DNA of 64,000 nt from contig OZ024761.1 of assembly GCA_964016885.1 (NCBI GenBank), positions 8,246,001 through 8,310,000 of the forward strand, written 5' to 3'. The stretch comes from Eledone cirrhosa (lineage: Eukaryota). The position numbers and the translations under genes were made by a program. Under the pieces are notes generated by a model, which was not told the origin of the DNA, ran no database searches, and saw only the letters and a list, made by a program, of their open reading frames with translations. Below, piece by piece: positions 1-12,146 of this stretch; the first letter of the stretch is position 1; each line of letters begins with the position of its first letter.

Positions 1-110
1 TGAAATAAAGTGTCTTGCTCAAGGAAACAACACATCACCCGGTCTGAGAATTGAACTCACAACCTTTCGATTGCAAGGCCAATGCTCTAACCACTAAGCC
101 ATGTGCCTCC
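1..110 (-). mobile_element. tRNA-derived SINE (family A), 5' part, cut by window edge
   Basis: Reverse complement reads ggcacatggcttagtggttagagc (A box) ... gagttcaattc (B box) ... ccttgagcaagacacttt; near-identical to copies at 14.9, 19.5, 44.0 and 48.8 kb. Confidence 0.85.
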
Positions 111-187
111 ATATATATATATATGTCCCAAGGCTCTGATACCATCAACACTATACACACAGAGCTGGCATATCTAAGAACTGACTA

Positions 188-243
188 ACTGCCTGATGAG
201 GTCATAGCCATTCAATGGCTATCATCGAAATATATAAAGCAGT
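188..243 (+). ncRNA. Minimal type I hammerhead ribozyme motif (Penelope-like pLTR remnant)
   Basis: actgc-CTGATGA-ggtcatagccat-tca-atggctatcatc-GAAA-tatata-aa-gcagt followed by AATAAA; stem II pairs, stem III is a palindrome, two extra A before stem I 3' strand. Confidence 0.6.
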
Positions 244-364
244 AAATAAAGGAGTATGAGTTCAGGCAATTGATGTATGTATGTATGTATGTATGTATGT
301 GTGTGCGTGTGTGCATGCGTGCATGTATGTATGTATGTATGTATGAATGTATGTATGTATGTAT

Positions 365-890
365 CAAAGGGCAAAGGAGCTCTTAAGAGTCAATGCCCAT
401 CCAAAATCACTGGGAGAGATGACCCCTTAGCCTTTGTCAAGGCAGAATTCTAGGAGAAGGAAAACTCTGATATAACACTTGCAACTCTGATGGTATCCAA
501 TGATGTTGACTTGTTCTTCTTTCTGGTAAATATCATCTTGGTTAAGAGAGTGGGACTGGCTTTGTGCAGTGCCTTTGCTCACTATAAAAGCTTCACGGCA
601 CAGGCATTGTTTTATATCTGTAGATCTCTCTGCACTTGTCGTCACATGGTAGCATGGGCCCGGCACTATGTGTCAATAATTGTCACAAGTGTAGTGTTTG
701 TACCAGAGTTTTCAAGTTGCTGGCTGGACTAAAAAGTCACTCGTTGAGCGCATCAGTAGGGGTTCTCCTACATGGATATAAAGTAGTGGCCGTACTCGAA
801 AACGAGTTGGCAGCCACCATGCATGCATGCATGCATGCATGCATGCATGTATGTATGTATGCATGTATGTATGTATGTATGTATGTATGT
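365..890 (+). mobile_element. Degenerate 3' end of an RTE-type LINE with C-terminal C2H2 finger and (CATG/TATG)n tail
   Basis: Translation contains CSVCTRVFKLLAGLKSH, like the C-terminal zinc finger of RTE ORFs, followed by a simple-repeat tail. Confidence 0.5.
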
Positions 891-966
891 ATGATGAATG
901 TTACAGGGTTAGAGTGATTTTAGAATGTTTCCCTTGGTCCACTACCTTGCCTCCGTAAGGGCTCAC

Positions 967-1131
967 CATCCTCCAAATCTGAACAATTGTTTCCTGACAG
1001 AATTAGTGGCCCTTTGCCAGATATACAGCTTGGTGATGGCTATCTTTAGTTTCTCCATAACAGCTCAACAAGGCTTCTTTATGAATCAATTTACAAATGG
1101 CAAGTTGGCTGGTTGGCAATAAATATATTTT
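967..1131 (-). other. Candidate exon of a minus-strand gene (ATG at 1058: MEKLKIAITKLYIWQRATNSVRKQLFRFGG)
   Basis: Unique sequence with acceptor tattctattcag| and donor TG|gtgagc; no recognisable homology. Confidence 0.3.
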
Positions 1132-1207
1132 CTGAATAGAATAATACAGCAACAATATATTACCAGTTCATGATACTACCAAGACTCCATGAAAAACACC
1201 GTCATAT

Positions 1208-1614
1208 TTAACCCTTTAGCATACACATTACTCTATATATACTATTATATTTTCATGGTAAAGGCTTTACCTCACATAACATTCACATTACTCTATATAT
1301 ACTATTATATTTTCACAGTAAAGGCTTTACCTCACATAATATCTCACATAACATTCACATTACTCTATATATACTATTATATTTTCACAGTAAAGGCTTT
1401 ACCTCACATAATATCTCACATAACATTTACATTACTCTATATATACTATTATATTTTCATGGTAAAGGCTTTACCTCACATAATATCGAATCTATGAGAT
1501 TTTGAAAGTATTTATTTTGAGAACAATACCTTAACATCAGTTTCAGTGACCAGTTACAGCCAGTTTCAACAGAAAGAGATACAGAATTCTGGCCGGTTTT
1601 AACACTAAAGGGTT
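1208..1614. mobile_element. piggyBac-like MITE with internal tandem duplications
   Basis: ttaa-CCCTTTAG ... CTAAAGGG-ttaa termini; related copies at 2516-2704, 3270-3472, 35197-35400 and 48590-49153. Confidence 0.7.
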
Positions 1615-1689
1615 AATACAACAAATACATATAGTCACTCCATGATACTCCCAAGTCTTAGTCTTAGCTTTTCTGCACCTCGAATGGTA

Positions 1690-2072
1690 CCATTTTGCCA
1701 ACAATCATGATCTGTTATAGCCTGAAGGGCAATAATAAAAAGGAGGGGGCTAAGGACGGAGCCCTGATGAACACCGTCTTTTGCGCTAAATTCTTCACTA
1801 TATTCGTTGTTAATTCTAACCTTGATGACTGTTTCTTTATACAGGGCTTGTATAGCTCTCACGAGCCATTCATCAACACCTAGTTTTCTAAGAGCCCACC
1901 AGATAATGGAGCGGGGGACTCTGTCAAAGGCTTTCGCCAAAGCTAAGTATAGGGGTTTACTTTTAGCTAGGTACTTCTCCTGTAGTTGTCGTACAGGGAA
2001 AAGAGCGTCTGTGGTACTTTTGCCTGACACAAACCCAAATTGCATTTGATCTAGATCAATTCGCTCTCTGAT
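1690..2072 (-). mobile_element. RTE-clade LINE reverse transcriptase fragment
   Basis: QFGFVSGKSTTDA...KAFDRV...GVHQGSVLSPLLFII; nearly identical to 59100-59450. Confidence 0.9.
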
Positions 2073-2941
2073 CCAGATGGGACAGTCTTTGGTATGTAAT
2101 GAGACAGTGTCTGGTATATAATGAGGCGGTGTTTGGTATGTAATAAAGCACTAAGGCTGGATAAATAGATAAACATAGATTAGCAGAAGCACTAACACAG
2201 TGTGACTCGTAATAGGGGGAATTTTATAAAATAATTCTTCCATTCATAACCTGGTATTTAGAACATTACTTAATGATTTCTAAAATAAAATTATGATGAA
2301 AGGTTTTAATGTAACCGAATCTGTTTGAAGTAGTGTTTGAGGACTCTTCCCCCACAGCCCTCTCAGGAATAAGTGGGTGAAGAAAGGAGGAGGATACAGA
2401 AGACAAAGAAAAAGAAAAAAGAATGAAAGACGGATTTAATATAAATATAAACATTTTAGAGTAGCTTTGTGTCCTAAATACAGAGTTGTTTCAGGTAGTT
2501 TGATATCAGAAGACTTTAACCCTTAAGCATTTTAACTGGCCATATCCAGCCAGAATTCTCTCACCTCTTTCTGTTCAAACCAGCCATAACTGGCTGTTCA
2601 TACTGATGTTAAGGGATTGTTGTCAAAAAAAAAAAAAAAAAAAAAAATCTGATAGATTCAATATTACAATAGTATATATAGAGAGTAATGTAAAGAGAGG
2701 TTAAATGAAGGTAGAGAATAATGATGTTAGTCATTAGTAGAATAGATTTAATTATCTATGAACATTGTACTGCGAGTGGTGATTACTGTTAACTTTTGAT
2801 TTCATTTATCAGATTAGGGTTCCCTCCATTAATTATTAGTTCAAGTGTACAAGAGTGGGATGAAAAATTCATAGGCTGAATATGAAGGAGTGATGCTAGA
2901 GCTGTGAAATCTTGCATACCATTAATTTCAACTCTTCTTAA

Positions 2942-3136
2942 TAATTGTTTCTGCTTTTGGCACAAGGCCAGTAATTACCCCCAGTGCATTACTGGTGCTT
3001 TATTTTATCGACCCCGTAGGGATGAAAGGCAAAGTTAACTTCGACAGGATTTTACTCCAGAACGTAAAGGGCCGTAACTCTGTGCCGCAAAGCATATTGT
3101 CCGACACTCTCCTGATACTGCTATTCCACTGCCCTC
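2942..3136 (-). mobile_element. tRNA-derived SINE (family B) with Nin/Deu-like domain
   Basis: Reverse complement contains gcctttcatccctacggggtcgataaaataaagcaccag; many copies (7965-8112, 15318-15440, 31325-31515, 44470-44583, 50307-50473, 51800-52155, 56545-57110). Confidence 0.75.
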
Positions 3137-3872
3137 ACTCTTCTTATTAATAATAACGGCATTGTTTCTTTCCAGGGACTATATTGAAAAATACACCTCA
3201 TTTCGTCATTCCATGAGAGTATCTTGGTTAGCCTATGAACTTTTCCATGCCAACCTTTTGTAATTTACCTTAACCCTTTAGCATTTAAACCGGCCATATC
3301 CGGCCAGAAGTCTCTCACGTCTTTCTGTTCAAACTGGCTGTAACCAGCTGCTCATACTTATGTGAAGGTGTTGTTCTCAACATAAATAACATCAAAATTT
3401 CATAGATTCGATATTATTTTTACCACAAAAATACAATAGTAAATATAGAGAGTAATGTAAATGCTAAAGGGATAATGTGTAAATAATTTTCTTTCTATTT
3501 TGTGTTAGCCTCCCCTTTATACAAATTGACATATATTAAATACATTTAACTTGTTGCTGTTTAGTTTCAGGTCAAACCTGATAAAATTGAGATTTGATTG
3601 AAGCTCTTTCAAGTGTAACCATGTCTTTATTTATCAATAGAGTAAAGTACAAAGGAGATTTTGGCTGCCATTTCTAGCAGGTCAAACGTCCGAGTAAATG
3701 TTTCTCGAATAGGCTTAATCCTTTTATAGTGAATTGCCTGAACCCTGCCTGGTTCTACAATACAAAACTGTTTGTTATAGTTTTTAATTATCATCCTCGT
3801 CAGTGGAATGCATACATGTTAGGATAAGTTATCTCATCTATGGCACTGAAGAGGTTAAAATACATTTCCATT

Positions 3873-4135
3873 GATGTGTTGTTTCCTTGAGCAAGACACT
3901 TTATTTCACATTGCTCCAGTTTACTCAGCTGTAGAAATGAGATGATAGGGACTGGGGTCCATATCATTCCACTGCAAAGTGGTCGTGGAGGTGCCACGGC
4001 AAAAAAGCACCCAGCACTCACTGTAAATGAGGTTGGTGTTAGGAAGGGCATCCAGCTGTAGAAATCAAGCCAGAACCAGTTCCCGTCCCACCCTTGCAAG
4101 CAGGGAAAAGCAGACGTAAAATGATGATGATAATG
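3873..4135 (+). mobile_element. SINE family A, 5'-truncated
   Basis: ccttgagcaagacac core ... ggaagggcatccagctgtagaaa ... (atg)n tail. Confidence 0.8.
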
Positions 4136-4489
4136 ATGATTGCTTGTTCCAAAATATATAAAGTATATTTTACATACGTGTTTGTGTCAATTATAACAAC
4201 AGGCTGGACAATGTATGCTGCTGTGATTCTTAGTCAAACTAATGCTACTAATTATAATAATGTGCCCTATATTAGTAGAAAAGTGAGAGGTGTGTAATGG
4301 AGAGGAGAGGGGGCTAGCACTGGAGTTTAGCTCATCATATGATGGGAATTTATTTCAGTGATAATGAGATTCCAATTCAGAATCGAGAAGAATGAAAACT
4401 AATTAATGTGAGCCATACATCTAGTACGTACCACTAAACTCCCACACCCTAACACTCCATCCACATCCTAAGCCTTCTCCCACGTCCTT

Positions 4490-5195
4490 ACTCCCCCTGC
4501 CCGAGTCCCCAGTCCACTCTGTAAAGTGGTCATAATGGTGTCACGACAAAAGAACCCAAGGTTTACTCATTTGTTGTGGAACTAACTATATCATCATCAC
4601 CGTTTAAGCTTCAGTTTTTCGACGCTGGCATGGATTAGAAGAATATCTCTGTAAAGTTGGTACCACAACATCCAGTCCAAATAAATGAGATAATGAGATC
4701 GAGATTGTGTAGGTGTCACGACAAAAAACACACAGTCCACGCTGTAATGTGGCCGTGTAGGTAACACGGTAAAAAGTTCCCAGTTCCACACTGTAAATGT
4801 GGTTGGTGTGAGGAAGGGCATCCAGCCGTAGAAAACCTGCCAGATAGTCCTATATGAGCGAGACACGATCACCCGACCAGCCTTGCTTGATGTGGGACAA
4901 CTCCCGTCTAACCCATGCTAGCGTGGAAGATGGACGTTAAACGAAGAGGATGATGATATATATATCATCCATTAACATCCATCTTCCATGCTAGCATGGG
5001 AAGGACGGGCTGTCCCTTTGTGAGGGATCAGGTTGGAGGACCGTGATTCACTCACTCAAATCTGATCTGACTTGGTTTCTACGGCTGGACGCCCTTCCTA
5101 ACACCAACCACCTTTACAGTGTGTTATATATATATATATTGACTAACCCATGTTAGTGTGGAAGAACGGACATAAAACGGTGATGATGATGATGA
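4490..5195. mobile_element. Cluster of SINE/LINE-tail fragments (family C)
   Basis: Repeated ggaagggcatccagcc / aacccatgctagcgtggaa ... (atg)n modules in both orientations. Confidence 0.65.
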
Positions 5196-5303
5196 CTAAA
5201 CGGGGTTCATATACAACACACCAACCAGTAAATAATGAAGCACCCAACATCATGTTTTCTCTTTATCTTCCAAATATGATTTGTCAGTTAGTGAAAGAGT
5301 ATA

Positions 5304-5645
5304 TATAGAATAAGGAAAATGTGAAGTTCGGTGTAGATGTTAAACACTCCCTTATTAACAAAGCTGTGATATACATTTCAATGACGATCCTAGCTACATG
5401 ATTGTTCAATCACATAACTAGTCGCACGATATCATCAGACAAGGCCTTCAGAACAGAAATCGGCTATTGGACTGCCTCGGAAACGAAACCTTATTACATA
5501 AAGATGCTGTCCAATGATATCGCATGAGCGGTTACATGATTGAACAATCATGTAGCCACGATTGTCATTGAAATGTGTATCACAGCTTTGTTAATAAAGG
5601 ACTGTTTTACATTTACACAGAACTTCGCATTTTCCTTATTCTATA
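5304..5645. mobile_element. MITE/fold-back element with ~135-bp terminal inverted repeats, inserted in TA
   Basis: tatagaataaggaaaatgtgaagttc...cgatatcat is mirrored by atgatatcg...gaacttcgcattttccttattctata. Confidence 0.75.
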
Positions 5646-5664
5646 TTAGTATATATATATATAT

Positions 5665-6140
5665 CATCATCATCATCGTTTAACGTCCATGTTCCACGCT
5701 TGCATGGGTTTGGACGGGAGTTTTCCCACTTGAGGCAAGAGTGGTTGTCTTGCTCGTATAGGACTGTCTGGCGGGTTTTCTACAGCTGGATGCCCTTCCT
5801 AACACCAACCACATTTACAGTGTGGGGCTGGGAGGTTTTTACCGTGTTGCCTACACGGCCACATTACAGCGTGGACTGTCTGGTGGGTTTTCTACAGCTG
5901 GATGCCCTTCCTAACACCAACCACATTTACAGTGTGGGGCTGGGAGGTTTTTACCGTGTTGCCTACACGGCCACATTACAGTGTGGACTGTGTGTTTTTT
6001 GTCGTGACACCTACACAACTTCATTTGTTTCGGCCTGGATGTTGTGGCACCAACATAACTTTGCATTGAAAGGGGCGGTGTGGATGGGGTGGGGTGGTGG
6101 GACGGGGGTGTATTTTGTTAGAGATGCCTACTGACTGTAG
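5665..6140 (-). mobile_element. SINE/LINE-tail element family C
   Basis: Near-identical to 46136-46465, 46960-47318 and 60455-60825; (cat)n tail on the left. Confidence 0.75.
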
Positions 6141-6443
6141 TAGGTTTTACTTTGTATTTAGGTAAGGCGGGTCTTCTCTGTTACTGAATATATATAAACG
6201 GAAAAAATGAAACAAAATTTCATACATATATATATATAAATATATATATTAAAGAGTTAAATAAGATTCAATGAGTATATCAAAGAATGAGTTTTACAGT
6301 AGATTGGAAGCACTCTACAGAAAATAATTTTCCAGAGTTATTAATATTAAAATACAAATATTAATAAAATAGATGTTCTTTGATTACTACCTCGATTAAA
6401 TCTTAACCATTTAACATCTCAGGGTATGTCATGTATCATTATA

Positions 6444-6495
6444 TTTTGTCTGATGAGGACGTACTGTTGTACCTCCGAAATATGTATAATAAAAT
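6444..6495 (+). ncRNA. Degenerate minimal hammerhead motif inside a fold-back element (6344-6545)
   Basis: CTGATGA-ggacgtac-tgtt-gtacctcc-GAAA-tatgta; related copy at 32029-32094; stem I register imperfect. Confidence 0.45.
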
Positions 6496-6669
6496 TTAAT
6501 TGATCAAAAGAACATCTATTTTATTAATATTTGTATTTTAATATATATATATATATAATGGAAAATGTGTGAGATCCTTGGTACAGTTAGGTATATTTGA
6601 AAAAAGGAAAAGAATGACTTTACTTGTAGTGTTAAACATTTTTTTTTTTTTTAATTTAATTTTATAATT

Positions 6670-7497
6670 GCGATTCCATCAGGGAAATGACCATGTTCGA
6701 TATGCAGAAAAGGAACTGGCATAAATTCTATAAAATGCACACAATGCAGATCCTGGGTACACAAGAGATGTAGCGGGATAGCAGGCAAACTAACAGGTAG
6801 GGAGAAATATGTATGCAGTAGATGTACAGGGAAATTAGACAGTAGAAGTCGCATTGATAGACACATTTTTCAAATGCAGGCGGGTGCTATACAAGTGGTG
6901 GATAGCTTCCGGTACCTAGGAGATCAGATTGGCATGGGAGTGGGGTGTTCCGAGGCCATAGTATCTAGAATAAGGACGGGTTGGAAGAAGTTTAGGGAGC
7001 TGCTTCCTCTGCTGTCGAAGAAGGGTTTCTCCCTGTGTACGAAAGGCCGGTTATATGATGCATGTGTGAGGAGCGTGATGCTGCATGGTAGTGAGACATG
7101 GGCGGCAACTGCAGAGGATATGCGACGGCTGGAGAGAAATGAAGCAAGCAGGCTCCATTGGATGTGCAGTGTCAATGTGCGTGAACGACCCAGCATGAAT
7201 GTGTTGAGAGGGATAGAATGTAGTGTGCGAGAGAGGAGACTGAGGTGGTATGGACATGTGATGCACATGGAGGATGACCGATGGGTGAAGAAGTGCCAGG
7301 AAATGCCAGTTGAAGGAAGACGTGGTAGAGGTAGACCACGAAAAACATGGGCGGAGGTGGTGAGAACAGACCTCAGATCGCTGAAGCTCACGGTGGAGAT
7401 GACGAAGGACCGTGACAGGTGGAGAGATGCTGTGCTGAATAAGACCCGTCCCACCCTTGCAAGCAGGGAAGAGCGGATGTAAAATGATGATGATGAT
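6670..7497 (+). mobile_element. 5'-truncated RTE LINE (PHD finger, RT thumb, C-terminus, (ATG)n tail)
   Basis: CSICRKGTGINSIKCTQCRSWVHKRC...CSRC, VDSFRYLGD, MLHGSETW, RRLRWYGHV, RGRGRPRKTW, DRDRWR. Confidence 0.9.
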
Positions 7498-8271
7498 ATA
7501 TATATATATGTCTTGCAAATGCTATTTCACGTGGTAAAAGATGTCAAGAGTTTTAACTCGGCTCGACACGTTTCAAATTAAAATAATTTTTAAAAACCCT
7601 CAGTACACCCCAGATTCATATTTTATTTAACCCCTGAGGGGATGAAAAAGCAAGATTAGTTATGTATTGGCAGGGTTTAACACCCACCTACCCGCCAATG
7701 CTTTTTCTTCCTTCCCTTTTAGGATTTTATATTGAAAAATTATTTATATTGTTTATAAAAGCAAAGAAAAGAATAACTTTCTTTTTCTTGTTCTTCTTGA
7801 ACCTTCTCTTTCTCTCTCTCTCCTTCCCTCTCTCTCCCTCTCTCTGGACGACGTTGCTAGAAATAGCATCAAAATTTACTTCAAAATCACACCCCAACTA
7901 TTTTATATAAACTAAAAAAAAATAAAAATAAAAAGGAAGGACATATTAGATAGGGTTTATATGATTTCTACTATAGGCACAAGGCCAGTAATTTGGTGGG
8001 GTGGGGAAAGTTGATTAAACCGACCCCAGTGTGTTACTGGTGCTTTTTATTTTATCAACCCCTGTAAGGAAAGATGAAAGGCAAAGCTAACCTCAGCGGG
8101 ATTTTAACTCAATAATAATACTAACGACAACAACATCAAAAGACGGGATGGCCACAAATGGAACGTCCTTGCTTTATAAGTCTACACAATTGGGACTGGC
8201 CGGTTTCGGGCCCGAGTTTAAACGACGCCAAGAATTATTAACAAAAAACAAATATAAGTATTTATTCCACC

Positions 8272-8785
8272 ATGGACTCTTTCGGCCTCCACGCGCTTTC
8301 TTGTCGCCACAGTGCCGGCCACCTTCCACGCCATGCTGCCCTCAACAAGGTCATAAAGCATGGCTTTGACGCTGCAGGCTTCCCCTCCAGCTCGGTGGGA
8401 CTGGACCGAGGGGACGGCAAAAGGCCAGACGGTATGACCATCTTCCCGTTCCACGGTGGCAAACCCCTCGTCTGGGATGCCACTTGCAGCAACACTTTCT
8501 CCATCCGCAACCTGGTGCAGTCTACGACTAACCCAGGTTCTGTTGCACATCGGGCTGAGGAGGCCAAACTCTCCAAATACCAGTCGCTCTCCGACAGGTT
8601 TGCGGTTGTACCCTTGTGGTGTCCTCGGCCCTAGCGCTACCTCCATAGGCGCTGAGCTGGCCAGCCGCAGGTGTGAGCCTCGCGAGTTGGAATGGCTCTT
8701 CCAGCGCATCTCCTTTACCATCCTCCGGGGAAACGCCTTCTCCATTCTGACCACCGGGGCTGTGGGGGGGAGGCCATCAATATGA
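8272..8785 (+). mobile_element. CRE-clade non-LTR retrotransposon, restriction-like endonuclease (RLE) C-terminal fragment, frameshifted
   Basis: DSFGLHALSC...RHAALN...DGKRPDG...WDATC...AEEAKLSKY...GVLGP...WLFQRISFTILRGNA. Confidence 0.8.
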
Positions 8786-9077
8786 TTGACTGACTTGTCA
8801 TTTTAACATGCTTACATGACACACTGTAAAGTAATTGGTGATAGGAAGGACATTCAGCCGTAGAACATTTGACAAACAAAGGGTAGAGATCACTCTTCAG
8901 TTGTGTCAAAGAATGGATAATCTCCTAAATACTGGAACCATGATTAAATGCATGGGGAACTCTGTAAGTACTGACCCTGTCTGTGATGACCCATTCAACT
9001 CTTTTTAGAAGGGAAAACGGATGCTAAAAAAAATATTTTTAGTAAACAACACACAAAAATAGACGGAAGTAGATACA

Positions 9078-9383
9078 TTTGTTCCCCGGTATTCGCGGGG
9101 GTTACGTTCCTAGAACGCCCGCGAATATTGGACGTGGGCCATAAAAATGCCTATAAACCTCAAAACATAACATATAGGCCGGCAAATACGGTATATTGTT
9201 AATAATTTAGCGTTAAAAAGGCGTGAAAAAATATATATTACCACGAAAAAAGCCATTAAAAAAATAGCGTAAGATATTTACGATTCCGCGAGTATGCGGT
9301 GGTTTCCACGAACAATTATTAGTTAGGTTCTACGGAAAATTCTGCGAATAACCGGGACCGCGAATGTCAGGGCTACACTGTAT
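9078..9383. mobile_element. Tigger/pogo-like MITE
   Basis: ccccggtattcgcgggggttacgttcc ... ccgcgaatgtcagggctacactg-TA; subterminal ccgcgaat motifs. Confidence 0.6.
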
Positions 9384-9766
9384 ATGAAAGGGAATTCATT
9401 TATTTATGTATCTTCATTAAAGAGGAAAGAAGGAAGGCAGAGTGGGCGTGGACGTATTTACAAAATGTTGAGTGACACGCACAGCTTTAATAACACAAGT
9501 TATATAATAATTAATGATACTAATAATTTTTTTAATGGTTTCTGATTTAGGCACAAAGTCAACATCGATTAAATCGACTCCAGTGTATTACTGCTACTTT
9601 ATTTTATCAATCCACGTAAGGAAGAACGAAAGAGAAAGCTAACCTCGGCCTAATAAATAATGTGTACTGTGTATGAAGAAAATCACAGTGCCAGCGATAA
9701 GGATATGTGTTGTGTGTGATTTGGGCTTAATTTTAATATACATACATATATATATATATATATATA

Positions 9767-9953
9767 ACGAAGGAAATGTGGTAAGGAACCAGGTGGACCA
9801 TAACGCACCAAAGTACTCAATACTTAGGGTAGTAGAGTGGGTAATAGGAACAAGTAAGACTCCGACGGCTGAGCTCAAGCCGTTTCGCCGGCTAATTCTG
9901 GACTGAATTAGCCGTCGAAACGGCTTGAGCTCAGCCGTCGGGGTCTTACTTGT

Positions 9954-9957
<4 letters not shown>
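9767..9957. mobile_element. Non-autonomous fold-back element inserted in (TA)n, carrying inverted hammerhead 3' halves
   Basis: gactccgacggctgagctcaagccgtttcg / cgaaacggcttgagctcagccgtcggggtc; copies at 10790-10850, 10890-10950, 12492-12685 and 14640-14760. Confidence 0.65.
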
Positions 9958-10032
<75 letters not shown>

Positions 10033-10117
10033 TATATATATATATATATACCCGCATATATATATATATCTGTGTGTATATATATTCATATATTTATTTA
10101 TTAAAATAACAGATTAA

Positions 10118-10166
10118 AGTTTAAGCAAAGAATCGCTGCTTTCACCCTTAACGGGATCTTCTGAAA

Positions 10167-10168
<2 letters not shown>
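10118..10168 (-). ncRNA. Hammerhead-like motif with CAGAAGA core variant
   Basis: agttt-CAGAAGA-tccc-gttaa-gggt-GAA-Agca...tgcT-T-aaact; stems I and III pair, stem II has a closing U-U; copies at 46519-46569, 62004-62050 and partial at 43.5 kb. Confidence 0.55.
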
Positions 10169-10237
<69 letters not shown>

Positions 10238-10846
10238 GAGGTAACCACAGTAAGTAAGATACTCAATACGGTTACCTCCGATTCAACCCGGAATAACGTA
10301 TATATATAAGTCTGGAATTTGCTGTTTAAACGTCAAAAGGTCAGCCGTCGGACCCCGACTCTCTACTAAAAATATACTCTACTATCCCAAGATTCTTCTG
10401 AATAATTCTTCCTAGAATCCCCCCCCCCCCCCCCCCCCACACACACACACAATATCTATACACACACACACAAGGGGGTACTTGTTTTATGTACACAGAA
10501 CGTTCAAATATTAAATGAAGGACTAAAGAAAAAATGTTATTTTCGCAAGGAAAAGGTAGGTAGGCAGTGACTTCGAAGTTTCGGCGATGGTGTCTCTTCC
10601 GATACACACACACACACACATTCCTGATAATTCCATACGAATGAAACAGGTCTAGTCCTGTAGAAGTCATGTCTACATATAATAAAGATACCTATACTCT
10701 TCCAAAGTATTGAGTACATCTTTTTAACCCGCCCATATATATATATATATATATAACAAGATTTACCCTTGGCCTTAATAAAACTATATTTAGTTCGGAT
10801 CTAGCTATCGAATCGGCCGGAGCTCAGCCGTCGGGGTCCTGAAACT

Positions 10847-10892
<46 letters not shown>

Positions 10893-11325
10893 GAACGAGT
10901 AGGACACCGACGGCTGAGCTCAAGCCGCTTCGACGGCTAATTCTGGACTGTGTGTGTATATATATATATAGAGAGAGCCCTGGTTTTCTGTTGAGCTCTG
11001 CTGATGATTGAAATTCCAACCGTGACCATCTCCACTGAAAGTTTTCATGAAATAGTCTTTTAAGACTATACAGAGCATTTGATGTTATTCCAAATTGAAG
11101 GATAAGTGTTTCAAACTTTATTTTATCATGAGTTAAAGGTCTATAGATTTTCCCTGGATTTTACTAAATTCTGTGGATGAATTTATATCCTGATTCTCTT
11201 TTGAGATGAGTTTGAGTTATTTTTCCTACATCTTTCGTTAACTACTTTTCCCATCTTGACGTTATAGTCGCATATATGTTATAGAATGCCGTTAGCTTCT
11301 TGCTAAAACAATCTCTATACCTCTC

Positions 11326-11365
<40 letters not shown>

Positions 11366-11667
11366 GCACACTTTTTCGGCGAGTTTAATGTCCAGTGAAA
11401 GTGTAAAAGTGAGCGGATATAAAAGATTCGGTCTGTTTGTTCGAAACATCTCCGAAATTTATTTACAATACAATACGACACCCATACACATGTTGTGGGG
11501 GTGAGGGGACGTGTTTAAATCCTTGACAACAGTAACACAACATGCAAGTATGTTGACAGTAGATAAATAAAAGAATAGCAGGTTACATCACAGTATACAC
11601 ACCCCCAAATACTCGTCTATATTTTAAATACAAATAGCAGCTAGTTTAAATATAATTTTTTTCTAGG

Positions 11668-11705
<38 letters not shown>

Positions 11706-12108
11706 GTGTTTGTGCATAGAACTATAGGGTGTGTGTGTGTGTGAGTAGCGGGTTCAATCGGGGGTAACCACAGTTAGTAACGTACTCAATACATTACTAG
11801 AGTGTAAACATCAAGTGTAATATAGAAATGGCTTCTACAGAGCTAGAACTGTTTCATTCAGAAGAAATCTTCTGGATGGAATAGTTCTATTCCTTTAGAA
11901 GCCAATTCTATATTACACTTTGTGTATATATATATATATAGGTAAGTTATTCCGGGTTGAATCGGAGGTAACCACAGTAAGTAAGGTACTCAATACATAG
12001 CAGAGTATAAAAGTTTTAATATAGATGAGATTCTCCAGGACTAGAACTGTTTCATTCTTTAGAAATCAGTTACAGAACAGTTAGTTCACAACAGTTAGTT
12101 CACCATAC

Positions 12109-12146
12109 CGAGAACAATTGTTTCACCTTAGCGGATCCTCAGCTCG
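12109..12146 (-). ncRNA. Minimal hammerhead ribozyme motif
   Basis: cgag-CTGAGGA-tccgctaaggt-GAAA-caattg-TT-ctcg. Confidence 0.65.

Noticed and set aside
8190-8225. GAAACCGGCC hammerhead-like 3' half on the minus strand
   Set aside because: No CUGANGA half and the cleavage triplet is mutated; too incomplete to call
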